Virus record (IMG/VR): IMGVR_UViG_3300007734_000761 | Coordinates: 32,001 to 96,000 of that record | Reading direction: 5' to 3' (one strand) | DNA length: 64,000 bases | Source: a virus | Part shown: in pieces, positions 48,645-58,805 of the stretch | Layout of the letters: the number at the start of each line of letters is the position of its first letter | Numbering within the stretch: the first letter of the stretch is position 1 | Notes under the pieces: generated by a model | Told to the model about the DNA's origin: nothing | What the model saw: the letters and a program-made list of their open reading frames with translations, nothing else | Database searches by the model: none | Translations under genes and position numbers: made by a program

Positions 48645-48696
48645 AACAATTTTATTATTTCTCTATTAATATAACAAATAAAAGACTAAAAGCCAA

Positions 48697-49086
48697 TTAT
48701 ATATTAATAATCTTGTAAATTTTTGTGTTTAGAATGCGGAGATCAGGACCTTGAGTTAATAATATACTATTTTGATAGTCACTCCAGTTTATTCTAAATT
48801 GATTATCTAACATACCATTATTTAGTTCTTTAATTAAAGTATTTAAAGCATTAATAGTATATAAAGTATTTGATTCTTTTTTTCTATGTAACAAAATAGT
48901 ATTTTCAGGTATTTCGTTAACTGAATTTTCTGTATCTATGTTGTAAGTTATAATATATTCAGTTGTTTGTGGACTTTCTAATACAAACATTTTATCATAT
49001 AATATAGCGTAACGTGAAGTTATACCAGCAATGGTATCTAATAAACGATTTTGGGCTGTAAACGAACACAGTAACTTATTCTTCAT
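48697..49086 (-). CDS. Hypothetical protein
   Basis: Start reset to MKNKLLC, downstream of ATATTTAT at 49106-49113. Confidence 0.6.
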   Translation of the reverse strand: MKNKLLCSFTAQNRLLDTIAGITSRYAILYDKMFVLESPQTTEYIITYNIDTENSVNEIPENTILLHRKKESNTLYTINALNTLIKELNNGMLDNQFRINWSDYQNSILLTQGPDLRILNTKIYKIINI

Positions 49087-49123
49087 GTCAAATGGAATAC
49101 TGTTAATAAATATCGAAGAAATA

Positions 49124-50410
49124 TCATAAACCATAGTCTAGTCCTTTCTTCATCTTTGTTGTATAGCCTGTACTTTCTAACAATTCTTTTATTTTAGTTA
49201 CTGTTTCAATTCCGTCTTCTTTACTAAAGTCTATAAGTATAGAATCATATGTGTAAAGAATTATTTTACTCTTTTTAGTTTCTAAAAAGTCTAATACTTT
49301 TCCAACTAATTCTACATTACTTTTAGTTTCTAAACTTTGAATGTAATAATTAAATATTTTAGTTGGACTTAATTCATCAGACTTATGTAAAATTCTACCA
49401 GTTGCCAATTTTACTCGGTTTTCTTGATTGTAAATTAACCACATTTTTTTAATTAGTCCATTGACTTGTCCAAAGTATACTTTATTTCTGTGTTCTTCTT
49501 TAATTCCTCCATAAAGATTTTTGAACGTAATTTCCTTCGCTTCTTCTTTTGATACTCCAAGTATTTCTGATATATCAGCATAGGGATCACTACTGAATTT
49601 AAAATTAAAAAGGGAACCAATAAGGGAAGGATGGTAAGCAGAGAAGTCATATTCTATTAAGTAATCGTTGTTGGGGATAAATACATTTCTCGCGCCGTTT
49701 TCTTTGGGAAGTGCGGCGAAATTAATGTTGTTAAATGCGTTGCTCGGTCTTGTAGTAATGTTGTAAAGATTGTACGAAGTATGTATTTTATTTTTATTGA
49801 TACTGTAGTCTTCAAATGTAGGTTCAAAAAAGTGATTGAATTTAGTTGGACTAATTTTAATGCCTTCTTGTTCAATTCTTTTAAAAACACTAGTATATTC
49901 TTTATCAAACCAAACATTTGGTCTGTAATTCATGTGTTGTTTAATTTGATTAAAAACATGGTCCCATTTTTCTAAGTGTTTAGTAACGGGGATTATACTA
50001 TTGATATTGTTTCTAAAATAGTGTTCTCTGTAAAAATGTGTGTGAGCTGGTGTATCATACTCATCTGCTTTAAAAACTTTATTGGTTTTATTTAAAATGT
50101 TGAATTGAATGTCTGTTGTTTCTAAAGTAGAAGGTAAAAAGTAATCGTGAAACTTTTTGTCTAAAACATAAATAAGTTTGTGTTTATTTAAAAAGTCTAA
50201 CACATCTGACCAGTCTAAATTAAATGTTTCACTGTGATTAATAGGAAAAATGTAGCCTTTACTATTTAAACAGTGATAATAAACAGCTACTATGTTGTTA
50301 AATTTAGGATGAAAACAATCATTGCCTGGAATGATTTGAACAAAACAAGAATCTTCACAGTATTCTTGTAGTCTTTCTAATTGTAGTTTTGTTTCAATAA
50401 TTGCATGCAT
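49124..50410 (-). CDS. Compact family A DNA polymerase-like protein
   Basis: TTRPSN, EYDFSAYH (motif A), AKEITFKNLYG (motif B), NYYIQS, YTYDS (motif C). Confidence 0.8.
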   Translation of the reverse strand: MHAIIETKLQLERLQEYCEDSCFVQIIPGNDCFHPKFNNIVAVYYHCLNSKGYIFPINHSETFNLDWSDVLDFLNKHKLIYVLDKKFHDYFLPSTLETTDIQFNILNKTNKVFKADEYDTPAHTHFYREHYFRNNINSIIPVTKHLEKWDHVFNQIKQHMNYRPNVWFDKEYTSVFKRIEQEGIKISPTKFNHFFEPTFEDYSINKNKIHTSYNLYNITTRPSNAFNNINFAALPKENGARNVFIPNNDYLIEYDFSAYHPSLIGSLFNFKFSSDPYADISEILGVSKEEAKEITFKNLYGGIKEEHRNKVYFGQVNGLIKKMWLIYNQENRVKLATGRILHKSDELSPTKIFNYYIQSLETKSNVELVGKVLDFLETKKSKIILYTYDSILIDFSKEDGIETVTKIKELLESTGYTTKMKKGLDYGL

Positions 50411-50423
50411 AACCTTTATTAAT

Positions 50424-50456
50424 AATATAAAAAAAGGCTTGGTAAAAACCAAGCCT
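50424..50456 (-). promoter_or_regulatory. Terminator hairpin plus TTGG-N19-TATATT promoter ahead of the replication genes
   Basis: AGGCTTGG-TTTTTA-CCAAGCCT, T run, ATATT. Confidence 0.75.
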
Positions 50457-50461
50457 CTCTA

Positions 50462-52195
50462 TTATTCTATAATTCCTGCTAATTTTTGTAAGCGCTGAAT
50501 TTCTTCTTTTGTTATAGTGTATGTTATATTTCCTACATTAGGACTAGTAGTACTTACACTAGGAGAAAGTGACTTACTTGGATTTACTTTTGGGTCTAAC
50601 ACATCTTTAGGATCATCAATAGGAGGATGAGCCATTTTTTCTTGTGAAGACTTATCTTTATTTTGTTTTTCCCATTCAATAAATGTTTTTTGCCATCTGT
50701 TTCTTGCTTTAAAGAAAGCTGATTTAATAGCATTTTTATTTTTCTTAAAGTCTTCTGGGAGTAAAGGAACTATTACTCTTACTAACAATTCAGTCCACTC
50801 TTTTTCATTATTTACTTTTAATAAAGCTTGTTTTAATGAACTATTTTGATTAATAATTTTCATTAAAAGAGCAATATCGTTTGGAATATTTACTTCTTTA
50901 ATTAAATTAGAAGTTCTAGTTAATCCTCTATTAATGTTAGATCCTCCACTAGACACTTGGAATTCAGGATTTACAGTTCCTACTAAAGCTAAAAGTAAAG
51001 CTTCTAATTCAGTTTCATTATCTATGTTTCCTATTATGTTTTTTAAACTAGTGTCTGTTTTAACTCTATCAGCTACAGATTGTATATCGGGATTATCTGC
51101 TTTTTCTCTTCCAGGTTCAGTGCCTGTAGAAGATGGAGTATCTCCTCCTGGCATTTTAGGCAATCCCATGTCTTTTACATAAGTTTGCCAAACTGCTGTT
51201 GCTTTTTCAGGAGTACCAGGTACTACTTTAGTTTTTACTACAGTTCCTTGATCAACATCACCTGTTTTATTTGGTTTACCTACTTCTTTAGCAGTGTCAG
51301 AGGTAATTTTTACAGTGTGGGTACCTTTTTCAGTTTTAATTTTTACTAAGTCACCTTCTTCTGTTACTTTATATCCTCTTGATTCTGCTTCTTTTTTAAT
51401 GTCTTCTTTAGCTACTGCTTTAAAACTATTTGCTCTAGCGTCATCTAATTTTTTACCATCTACTGCTTTATTTTCATTATCTGGATCAGAGGGTTGATGG
51501 CTATAAGTAGAAGTTGCATTTACTTCTACGTCATTTCCATCATCGACAACGTCTACAACATTATCAGCAAATTGTTTTGTGTCTTGTCTTTCTTGACCCT
51601 TAATAGCATATCCTGATGTTTTATATGAAATATGCATAGCCTCTTCTCCATCTCCAGGATCATCTAATGAAGGATTTAGGTTTGTTGCTTTTTGTATATT
51701 ACCAGCATCATTAAAATCAGCAGTATTTAATTTATCTAATTTATTTTGAGCTTGTTGGACTTGTGTTGTATTTTGTTTAATATTATTATCATTTTTAAAA
51801 GCAGTAACAATAGGTCCATATAATGAATTAGCGGCAATTATTAAAGCCAAAGCACCAGTTACAATTCTTTTCCAAAGAGGTGTTTTTACTAATTTATTGT
51901 TTGGTGCTAAATTAGCTACTTTATCATCAAATTGATCTTTAGTTAAATTTAAATCAGCTGGGGTGAGTTTTTGAGCTACCTTACCAGCAGCATTTTTTTC
52001 TTGGTCAGATAAAGTGTTCCAATAATCTGCTGCTTCTTCTCCTGTGTCTTCTTCAGCTTCATTTAATTGAAATAAAATTTCTTTTAAAGTTAAATGAGAT
52101 TTTTGCTCTAGAAAAATTTCGAATTTATGTTTATCAGGTGCTAATCCTGCTAAAACTTGCATTCTCTGCGTTTCATTATTTGGTAAAGTACTCAT
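50462..52195 (-). CDS. Putative virion-internal protein with TM helix and OmpA-like region
   Basis: Terminal RMQVLAGL / RLQKLAGI motifs; hydrophobic helix; LDDARANSFK. Confidence 0.5.
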   Translation of the reverse strand: MSTLPNNETQRMQVLAGLAPDKHKFEIFLEQKSHLTLKEILFQLNEAEEDTGEEAADYWNTLSDQEKNAAGKVAQKLTPADLNLTKDQFDDKVANLAPNNKLVKTPLWKRIVTGALALIIAANSLYGPIVTAFKNDNNIKQNTTQVQQAQNKLDKLNTADFNDAGNIQKATNLNPSLDDPGDGEEAMHISYKTSGYAIKGQERQDTKQFADNVVDVVDDGNDVEVNATSTYSHQPSDPDNENKAVDGKKLDDARANSFKAVAKEDIKKEAESRGYKVTEEGDLVKIKTEKGTHTVKITSDTAKEVGKPNKTGDVDQGTVVKTKVVPGTPEKATAVWQTYVKDMGLPKMPGGDTPSSTGTEPGREKADNPDIQSVADRVKTDTSLKNIIGNIDNETELEALLLALVGTVNPEFQVSSGGSNINRGLTRTSNLIKEVNIPNDIALLMKIINQNSSLKQALLKVNNEKEWTELLVRVIVPLLPEDFKKNKNAIKSAFFKARNRWQKTFIEWEKQNKDKSSQEKMAHPPIDDPKDVLDPKVNPSKSLSPSVSTTSPNVGNITYTITKEEIQRLQKLAGIIE

Positions 52196-52213
52196 AATAA
52201 TATAATATAAATA

Positions 52214-52825
52214 TTACGGTCTATAATAAAGAATTAAATCAACTAAATAATTCTCAATACCTGGTATTAACTTTTTAGCTTCATTAATACTTCTTAAATT
52301 AGAATCTATAACTCCACCTTGCATTAATATACCATTTTCCTTTACATCATATAAAGGTCCACTAATTTTCCAAAGCACTTCAGCAAAATTAAAATACTTT
52401 GAGAAATTACTATTAAAATAATTATAAAATGTAGATTTATTAGTTTCTACAATATAAAGCTTACTGCTTAACTTATAGTCTAAAATGTACCTAGTGTAAT
52501 ATGTTTGAACATATTCTTCACTAGTAGGAGGTAAACTATCGTTAGTAGGAATACTTAACCCAATAGAACTTTGAGGATTTGTATTTAAATTATTATAAGA
52601 CGATGCTAATGTACTAATTCCTAAATCTGCTGGAACTGGGTTTGATTTATTAAAAGCTGGATTTAATTTTTGTGAATCATTAGTATGAGTTTTACCGGTG
52701 TATGCGTTTCCATATTTGTCTTTATGATAATACCCTACATAAAATGCCTGATTTGTAGCATAATAATACTCATTTCCATAAGTATAAAAAGTTTCTGGTA
52801 ATATGACACTAGGTGGTAAATACAT
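52214..52825 (-). CDS. Hypothetical protein in the baseplate module
   Basis: Position after baseplate genes; Y-rich YTYGNEY...YVGYYH. Confidence 0.5.
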   Translation of the reverse strand: MYLPPSVILPETFYTYGNEYYYATNQAFYVGYYHKDKYGNAYTGKTHTNDSQKLNPAFNKSNPVPADLGISTLASSYNNLNTNPQSSIGLSIPTNDSLPPTSEEYVQTYYTRYILDYKLSSKLYIVETNKSTFYNYFNSNFSKYFNFAEVLWKISGPLYDVKENGILMQGGVIDSNLRSINEAKKLIPGIENYLVDLILYYRP

Positions 52826-52831
52826 TTTATA

Positions 52832-55800
52832 TTATTTTCTGCGTTCTCCTCTTTCGTTATATAAAGTTTGATATTGTTTTTCAGTAACAGAATTTAATGG
52901 GTATGTTACATTCTTTTTAATAGCAAATGTGGTAACTGATGGTAAGTTCCCTACTTTTAATGTAGCTTGTCTAGTCCAAGGAATAGTACCTGCTAATGTT
53001 TGACCTATATTAAATCCGTTTTTCCACCAAGTATTACCTGCGGTTCCTTGTGTATTTTGAAACTCAGATCCAGCTCCTCCGGCAATAGCATCAACTATAT
53101 TAAAAGTAAAAGGCCCAACAACATTATCATCAATAGCATATGGATGTCCTAATGAAGTAGATTTACCATACATTGTTAAACCATTAAGAGGTATTAAATC
53201 ACTTAAACGAGTGTTAGCACTATTTTCAATAGGAATAGGATAATTCCATGCTATTTGTGCTTGATTCATTGAAGTTTTAGTTTTAATAAAACGATCTAAT
53301 CTTGATTTCAAAATAGGTAAATTAAATCCATTTGTAAGATCTTCTTGAGGATATATTCTAGTGTCGTTAGGTGAAACTGTATTTTCTGTAATTGTGATGT
53401 TTACTACAGGTATTGTCGAATTTATAACTGTATTTACTCTATCTTTTGATGGAGTATACAACAACACATCAAAATTTAAATTACCATTATCACCAGCATA
53501 AATAGATCTATCACTATTATTAGGCACAAAAACATCATAAGATGATAATAATTCTGCTTGAATACTATTTAAAAGATCTTCAAATTCTTGAGTATAACTT
53601 TGTTCTCCAACAGAAGAAACATTGCCTGCTAATTGGTCTAATAAATTTCCTAATGTTTGGTTATTAGCAATGACAGTGTTACTTCTAAGTGGGTATTCAC
53701 TTTTAAAAACTTGAACCCAATCTCTTACAAAATCTTTAAATTTATTTATTCCATATTTTGAATTTGCATTAGAAGAATCATAATCTAAAAAGAATTTTAC
53801 ATTATTAGTCCAATATTCTTGTACTGAGGTTTGATTATAATTTAAAAGAGTATTTTCTATTACTTCATTGAAAGTTCTCAATGGTTTATCAAATGTTAAG
53901 TTTCTTACAACTAAACTAGAAAAATTAGGATCTTCATATCTAGAGTAAGCATATCCAATAATAGCTCTTGTTGCTTGATATACTAAGAAATCTTGAAGTA
54001 TTGGGTAAATTAAAGCTTTTGCTTGTAAAGCAGCTACGTACTTACCAAATCCTTCTCTTTTTATATCAATAAAATCTTGGAATTCTTTTCTATCTTGGTC
54101 TAAAATACAAATTTGAGTTTCTAACTCAGTTTCCCAATCGTTTTTAGTAAGTCTATGATTAATTTGAGTAATTACAAATCCTAATTGTTTATCATAATAG
54201 TTTTTAGGTAATACATTTTGTTTTACTGTAAAAATTTGTCCTACTACAATTCCTCCAATTCCGTCTAATGTTATTCTTAATTTAAAAGGAATTAAAGCTT
54301 TAAAATTTAATTCACTATTATAACGCAACATAGATTGTTTTAAAATACTACTTGGATTTGCTTGACCTGTTGTATCTATTTTAATTTTATATTCATTACT
54401 ACTCCTTCCAGGAATTAGAGTACCAATTAAATAATCTCTAGCATAAAGCATAAAATTATATAACTTTTGATAAAAAACATCTTCTGGTTTTCCTTGGGGA
54501 TTATCAAATTCTTCTCCTTGCCATTTATTTAAAGCTATTCTGTCTTCTAAACCAGCATTTAAATAAACTTGACTTGAATTATACACATCTGCTAAGTTAG
54601 CTCTACTTTGAGCAGCTATAGCTACAATAGTACTTTGGTTTTCAAATATTTGACTTTGAATACTTACGTTTCTACAAATACTTCCTAAACCTAATAAATC
54701 AAATTGGTATTTTTGATCAGATTTACTATCAGGTCCATTTTCTAAGTAATAATAATCTACTACCTTCATAGTACCTTGAGTTTTACCTACAGTACTTAAT
54801 CCAAAGTTATTTAAACCTCCTAAACTATTTGATATTTTATTTAAAACGTTTTTTATGTAATCTAACATGATAACTCCTTCATCATTTGAAGAATTTTTCA
54901 TGTCTTTGTATGTTTGTAACAACATACTAATATTAACAAAAATATTTTTAATTTTTCCCGCTTTTAAAGTTTCGTCATAAAATTGGTATGTAGTAGGACC
55001 TATAATATATTTATCTCCATTTTCAAATTGATACATAGGAGGATTAATTCCGTTTACACGAGGATCAAAATCTCCTTCATATCCAATAAAAGACATTTCT
55101 ACTTTAAAGGCACCATTATTTTTAACTTGACAAATTCCGGGATTTACAGAAACTGTGTCTTTACAAGCTAAACATAAATCATTGTCTCCAGGTAATTGGA
55201 ATTTTACTAAAGGTACAGGGACAGTAGAACTTTTTTTACTGTCTGACTTTACATTGAAATAAGACATTACAATAGCTAACCAAACGTCTAAAGTTAAATA
55301 TTCATAGTATCTTCCAGTTTCTGAAGGTTCTTGGAATTCTACTTCTTGTACTTGTGGAGCTCCATCTATTTGATTAGCCTGATTTGGGTAATAAGTTTTA
55401 ACAGTTTGTTTAATAGTATCTTTTGAAACATAATTAGCATTATAGTCCCAATTTCCTCTATATTCATTTTCACCTAAAGCAGTACCTCCATCATAAGATT
55501 TACTATCTACTTCAGCTTTTAAACTTAACAAAACGTTTTCATAATCATCATATACATAAGTAGAAGGAGCCGTAGCATCAGCCAATATCGTACCTACCTT
55601 ATTATTTACATTTGATGACATTTTAATAGTATTAATAGCTTCACCCATTGAAATTAATGTAGTGGTACATTCATAACCACCATTAGTCATCATAGTCCAG
55701 TTAAAGTTTTTTACGTAACCTAACATCCCATCGTAATTATGACGATATTTCTTACGTAAAGCTTCTAACTTATCATACACATCTTGTTGACTTAAGTTTT

Positions 55801-56500
55801 CAAAAGGATTTATTGTGGTACCATTAAAAATAGTAGGATATATATCATCTTTAGTTAAATTACTACTTTTTCTTTTAGATGGAGTAAAGTTTTGAACAAA
55901 ATTATCATTATAGTCTATATATTGAGACCAACCCCATTCCAAAAGAACTGAGTATCCAGGTCTCATAAATAAAATTTCTAATTCATTTAATTGATTTGTG
56001 TCCCAAGCATAGAATTTTATTGTTGTTTCAAATAAACTACCATAAGCTCCTAAAGTTCTTAAGTTTACTTCAGTAATACCAGGCATTGGTCTAATACCAA
56101 ATGTTCTAAAATAGTCAGGATCAGGAGTATTATCTGCTCTTACGTCAATATTTCCTCCATATGCTGCTTGAGGGGTACCTACTCCATATCTTAAAATACC
56201 ATCTAAACCAGTTCCATTAGTTTTAGTATATAAAGTTCCTCCTTCTAAAATGTATTTTTTACTAAGTTGTTCATTAGTGTAATGATTATCAGGAACTACA
56301 CTTAATTTTCCTTTTCCATCAGTAGCAAGTTTATTTCCTGATGTGTAATTAACAAAACTAGTCATTCTTACCCAACTATTTTTACTTAAATACCAAGGTA
56401 ATAATTCATTTCTTCTGTTATTTTTACCACTTACAACTAAAGTTCTAGCTTGTAATTGGGTTTGTATAGAGTCTTCGAGAGTTTCTTTAAAAATTGACAT
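52832..56500 (-). CDS. Large baseplate hub-like protein
   Basis: 1222 aa in the tail module; PMPGI, RPGYSVLLEWG, ITLDGIGG...ITQINH...WET. Confidence 0.6.
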   Translation of the reverse strand: MSIFKETLEDSIQTQLQARTLVVSGKNNRRNELLPWYLSKNSWVRMTSFVNYTSGNKLATDGKGKLSVVPDNHYTNEQLSKKYILEGGTLYTKTNGTGLDGILRYGVGTPQAAYGGNIDVRADNTPDPDYFRTFGIRPMPGITEVNLRTLGAYGSLFETTIKFYAWDTNQLNELEILFMRPGYSVLLEWGWSQYIDYNDNFVQNFTPSKRKSSNLTKDDIYPTIFNGTTINPFENLSQQDVYDKLEALRKKYRHNYDGMLGYVKNFNWTMMTNGGYECTTTLISMGEAINTIKMSSNVNNKVGTILADATAPSTYVYDDYENVLLSLKAEVDSKSYDGGTALGENEYRGNWDYNANYVSKDTIKQTVKTYYPNQANQIDGAPQVQEVEFQEPSETGRYYEYLTLDVWLAIVMSYFNVKSDSKKSSTVPVPLVKFQLPGDNDLCLACKDTVSVNPGICQVKNNGAFKVEMSFIGYEGDFDPRVNGINPPMYQFENGDKYIIGPTTYQFYDETLKAGKIKNIFVNISMLLQTYKDMKNSSNDEGVIMLDYIKNVLNKISNSLGGLNNFGLSTVGKTQGTMKVVDYYYLENGPDSKSDQKYQFDLLGLGSICRNVSIQSQIFENQSTIVAIAAQSRANLADVYNSSQVYLNAGLEDRIALNKWQGEEFDNPQGKPEDVFYQKLYNFMLYARDYLIGTLIPGRSSNEYKIKIDTTGQANPSSILKQSMLRYNSELNFKALIPFKLRITLDGIGGIVVGQIFTVKQNVLPKNYYDKQLGFVITQINHRLTKNDWETELETQICILDQDRKEFQDFIDIKREGFGKYVAALQAKALIYPILQDFLVYQATRAIIGYAYSRYEDPNFSSLVVRNLTFDKPLRTFNEVIENTLLNYNQTSVQEYWTNNVKFFLDYDSSNANSKYGINKFKDFVRDWVQVFKSEYPLRSNTVIANNQTLGNLLDQLAGNVSSVGEQSYTQEFEDLLNSIQAELLSSYDVFVPNNSDRSIYAGDNGNLNFDVLLYTPSKDRVNTVINSTIPVVNITITENTVSPNDTRIYPQEDLTNGFNLPILKSRLDRFIKTKTSMNQAQIAWNYPIPIENSANTRLSDLIPLNGLTMYGKSTSLGHPYAIDDNVVGPFTFNIVDAIAGGAGSEFQNTQGTAGNTWWKNGFNIGQTLAGTIPWTRQATLKVGNLPSVTTFAIKKNVTYPLNSVTEKQYQTLYNERGERRK

Positions 56501-56508
56501 AACATTTT

Positions 56509-56805
56509 TTAACTATTTAAAGCATTAAAATCATCTAAAATTCGAGCAAGGTTTTGAGGTATTCTTATTTGAACACCAATTGGAGGATATAAAGAATCCC
56601 TATTTAAATTATTGGCTTGTTGAAGTATCCAATATAAAGTTGGATCTCCATAAAATTGAGCTGCTAAATTATCTAATCTATCTCCCTGCATAGATATAAT
56701 ATAAAAATCCTCAATGGTAAAGTCAATAGGAGGATACTTAGTAGAACCAAAATATCTTGGCCCACTAGTTTCTTTTCTTATTAATGTTGAAGGATATCTA
56801 TTCAT
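56509..56805 (-). CDS. LysM-like baseplate protein (gp53/tail X-like)
   Basis: GDRLDNLAAQFYGDPTLYWIL..AN...QIRIP. Confidence 0.8.
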   Translation of the reverse strand: MNRYPSTLIRKETSGPRYFGSTKYPPIDFTIEDFYIISMQGDRLDNLAAQFYGDPTLYWILQQANNLNRDSLYPPIGVQIRIPQNLARILDDFNALNS

Positions 56806-58805
56806 TAGTTTTGTACTATATTTCTAGGTTCAACTGTTATCATTGTAGAAGTTTGAACTTTATTTAAGAATGGTATAAATGGAGATTGGAGAGAGTTTTG
56901 TTGAGTTGGTGGGAATTGAACAGGTCCTATAGCTGGGTCGCCAACCGTTTGAACTCCTCCAGGTGAGTTGGTAATAACACTTTCTTGAGGTAAATAATAA
57001 TTAGGATGACCTATTTTAAAATTAGGAGTAACAAACGTAGCAGTATGTTCTTTATCTCTTTTATTTTTACGAGGTAAGAAATTATGAATAGGATTAAATA
57101 CCATACTAATTTTCATGTATGTTGGAATCTCATGTTGATAAGAATCTTTACCAGTAGTAACATTTGTTCCAGATCTTCCTGAATTTCTGAATTCAGGTTC
57201 ACTCAATTGAATTTCCCAAGGAGCAGCTCCATCACCCACTAAGTTAGTAATGTTCATACTTGTAAATACTCCAGGTTGTTGATAAATGTAATCTCCAATA
57301 GTTAAGTAAGCATAATTACCTCTCATTTGGTTTCTATCATTATAATCAGGAGCAAAACTAGACATTAAATAGTTTAATTTAGTGTAAATAGCAGGCATTT
57401 CATATTTTGAATGTGCCATTAATATAAAACTAAAATTTACAGTTCTTGCATAGTTTTCATAAGCATAAAACGGCTCACCTCTACCCATATAATTAAATGT
57501 CTTCCAGTTAGTTTTAAAATCGTCTGTAAGACTATCTAAATAAGCTCTGAATGCTAATACATCTGTATTTATAGTACTAGCAAATACAGGAAGGTCATTA
57601 TTTAATAATTCAATTCTAAATTTAACAATATCTCTACCATAATTTCCACCTGTTTTACTTTGTACTTCTTCTGGGGTATATAATCCACTATAAATTAAAT
57701 TACTATCTACTCCGTTTGTAGGATTTGTTGCAGGATTTGAGTTGCCATAAAATACTGATCTAGGAGTAATAGTTAAAACGTTTATTGAATCTACAGGAAA
57801 GCTAGGACCTACTGTATTTTTTGGATCAGCAGGTGTAGTCATTCCTATTCTTTGGTGAAGATTAAATCTTTGATAATCTTCAGCATTAGGATTTTCGTAT
57901 TGTTTTCTAAAATCTAAAGGATATCTAGCTTGATTTTTAATGTTAGAAGTAGCAGTACCTAAATTTGGGCTACTAACATTAAAATCTGCTACAGCTGGTG
58001 TAATTAAAGGATTTTTACTTTCAACACTTCCATAACTAGTAATTGTTTGATAATTCCAAGGTCTAAATCCTAAATTTTGTGCTGTTTCTGCTGGGTTATT
58101 TCCAAAAGGACTTTTATTAGTTACACCAGTGTTTAATCCAAAACTATCACTGTATGTTTCGTTTCTAGTTTTTCCTAAACCATAAAATGAATTTGGACCT
58201 CCATTATATTGAAATAAAGATATAGAACTATATGAATTTTCACCAGTTAAAGTTCCATAGTATTTATCTAGTCTACTTAAAAAATTACCACCATTACTAG
58301 TATTTAAACTAATATATCCTGTGTCATTTGTAGGACTTAAACCATGGCGAGTAAAATGTAAACCTAATGCGTTACCTGCTACTGATGCTAAAGTATTTGT
58401 TCCTATAGGATTGTAAATTCTAGGGCCGTTTAATTGAAACTGTTTAGGATCATAAGCTGTATCGGGATTTGATAATTGTAATCCAGATTGTTTAGCTAAC
58501 CATAATGGTCCATTAGGAATATCAGTAAAAAATGCTCCTATTCTAGCTGTGTCTCTAACAATTGCTAAACCAGTATTGTAAACTCCTGAAGGATCACCTT
58601 CTCTAAATTTAAGGTCATCAGGAAATCCACCTTCATATCCTAATCTTATGTAAGGAGACTTTGAGTTTAATTTTTTATTTGTGCCAGGATAAACAGGAAT
58701 TGATGTTTGATTAAAAGGAGACACATTAGTTCCACCACCAAAATAGGTGTATTCAACTTGACCCGTTTGTTGGGCCTTTTCAAATATCTCCTTTAAACTA
58801 GCCAT
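56805..58805 (-). CDS. Baseplate / tube-initiator-like protein
   Basis: FRAYL...YMGRGE.FY.Y...R...LTIGDY; follows the tape measure gene. Confidence 0.6.
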   Translation of the reverse strand: MASLKEIFEKAQQTGQVEYTYFGGGTNVSPFNQTSIPVYPGTNKKLNSKSPYIRLGYEGGFPDDLKFREGDPSGVYNTGLAIVRDTARIGAFFTDIPNGPLWLAKQSGLQLSNPDTAYDPKQFQLNGPRIYNPIGTNTLASVAGNALGLHFTRHGLSPTNDTGYISLNTSNGGNFLSRLDKYYGTLTGENSYSSISLFQYNGGPNSFYGLGKTRNETYSDSFGLNTGVTNKSPFGNNPAETAQNLGFRPWNYQTITSYGSVESKNPLITPAVADFNVSSPNLGTATSNIKNQARYPLDFRKQYENPNAEDYQRFNLHQRIGMTTPADPKNTVGPSFPVDSINVLTITPRSVFYGNSNPATNPTNGVDSNLIYSGLYTPEEVQSKTGGNYGRDIVKFRIELLNNDLPVFASTINTDVLAFRAYLDSLTDDFKTNWKTFNYMGRGEPFYAYENYARTVNFSFILMAHSKYEMPAIYTKLNYLMSSFAPDYNDRNQMRGNYAYLTIGDYIYQQPGVFTSMNITNLVGDGAAPWEIQLSEPEFRNSGRSGTNVTTGKDSYQHEIPTYMKISMVFNPIHNFLPRKNKRDKEHTATFVTPNFKIGHPNYYLPQESVITNSPGGVQTVGDPAIGPVQFPPTQQNSLQSPFIPFLNKVQTSTMITVEPRNIVQN

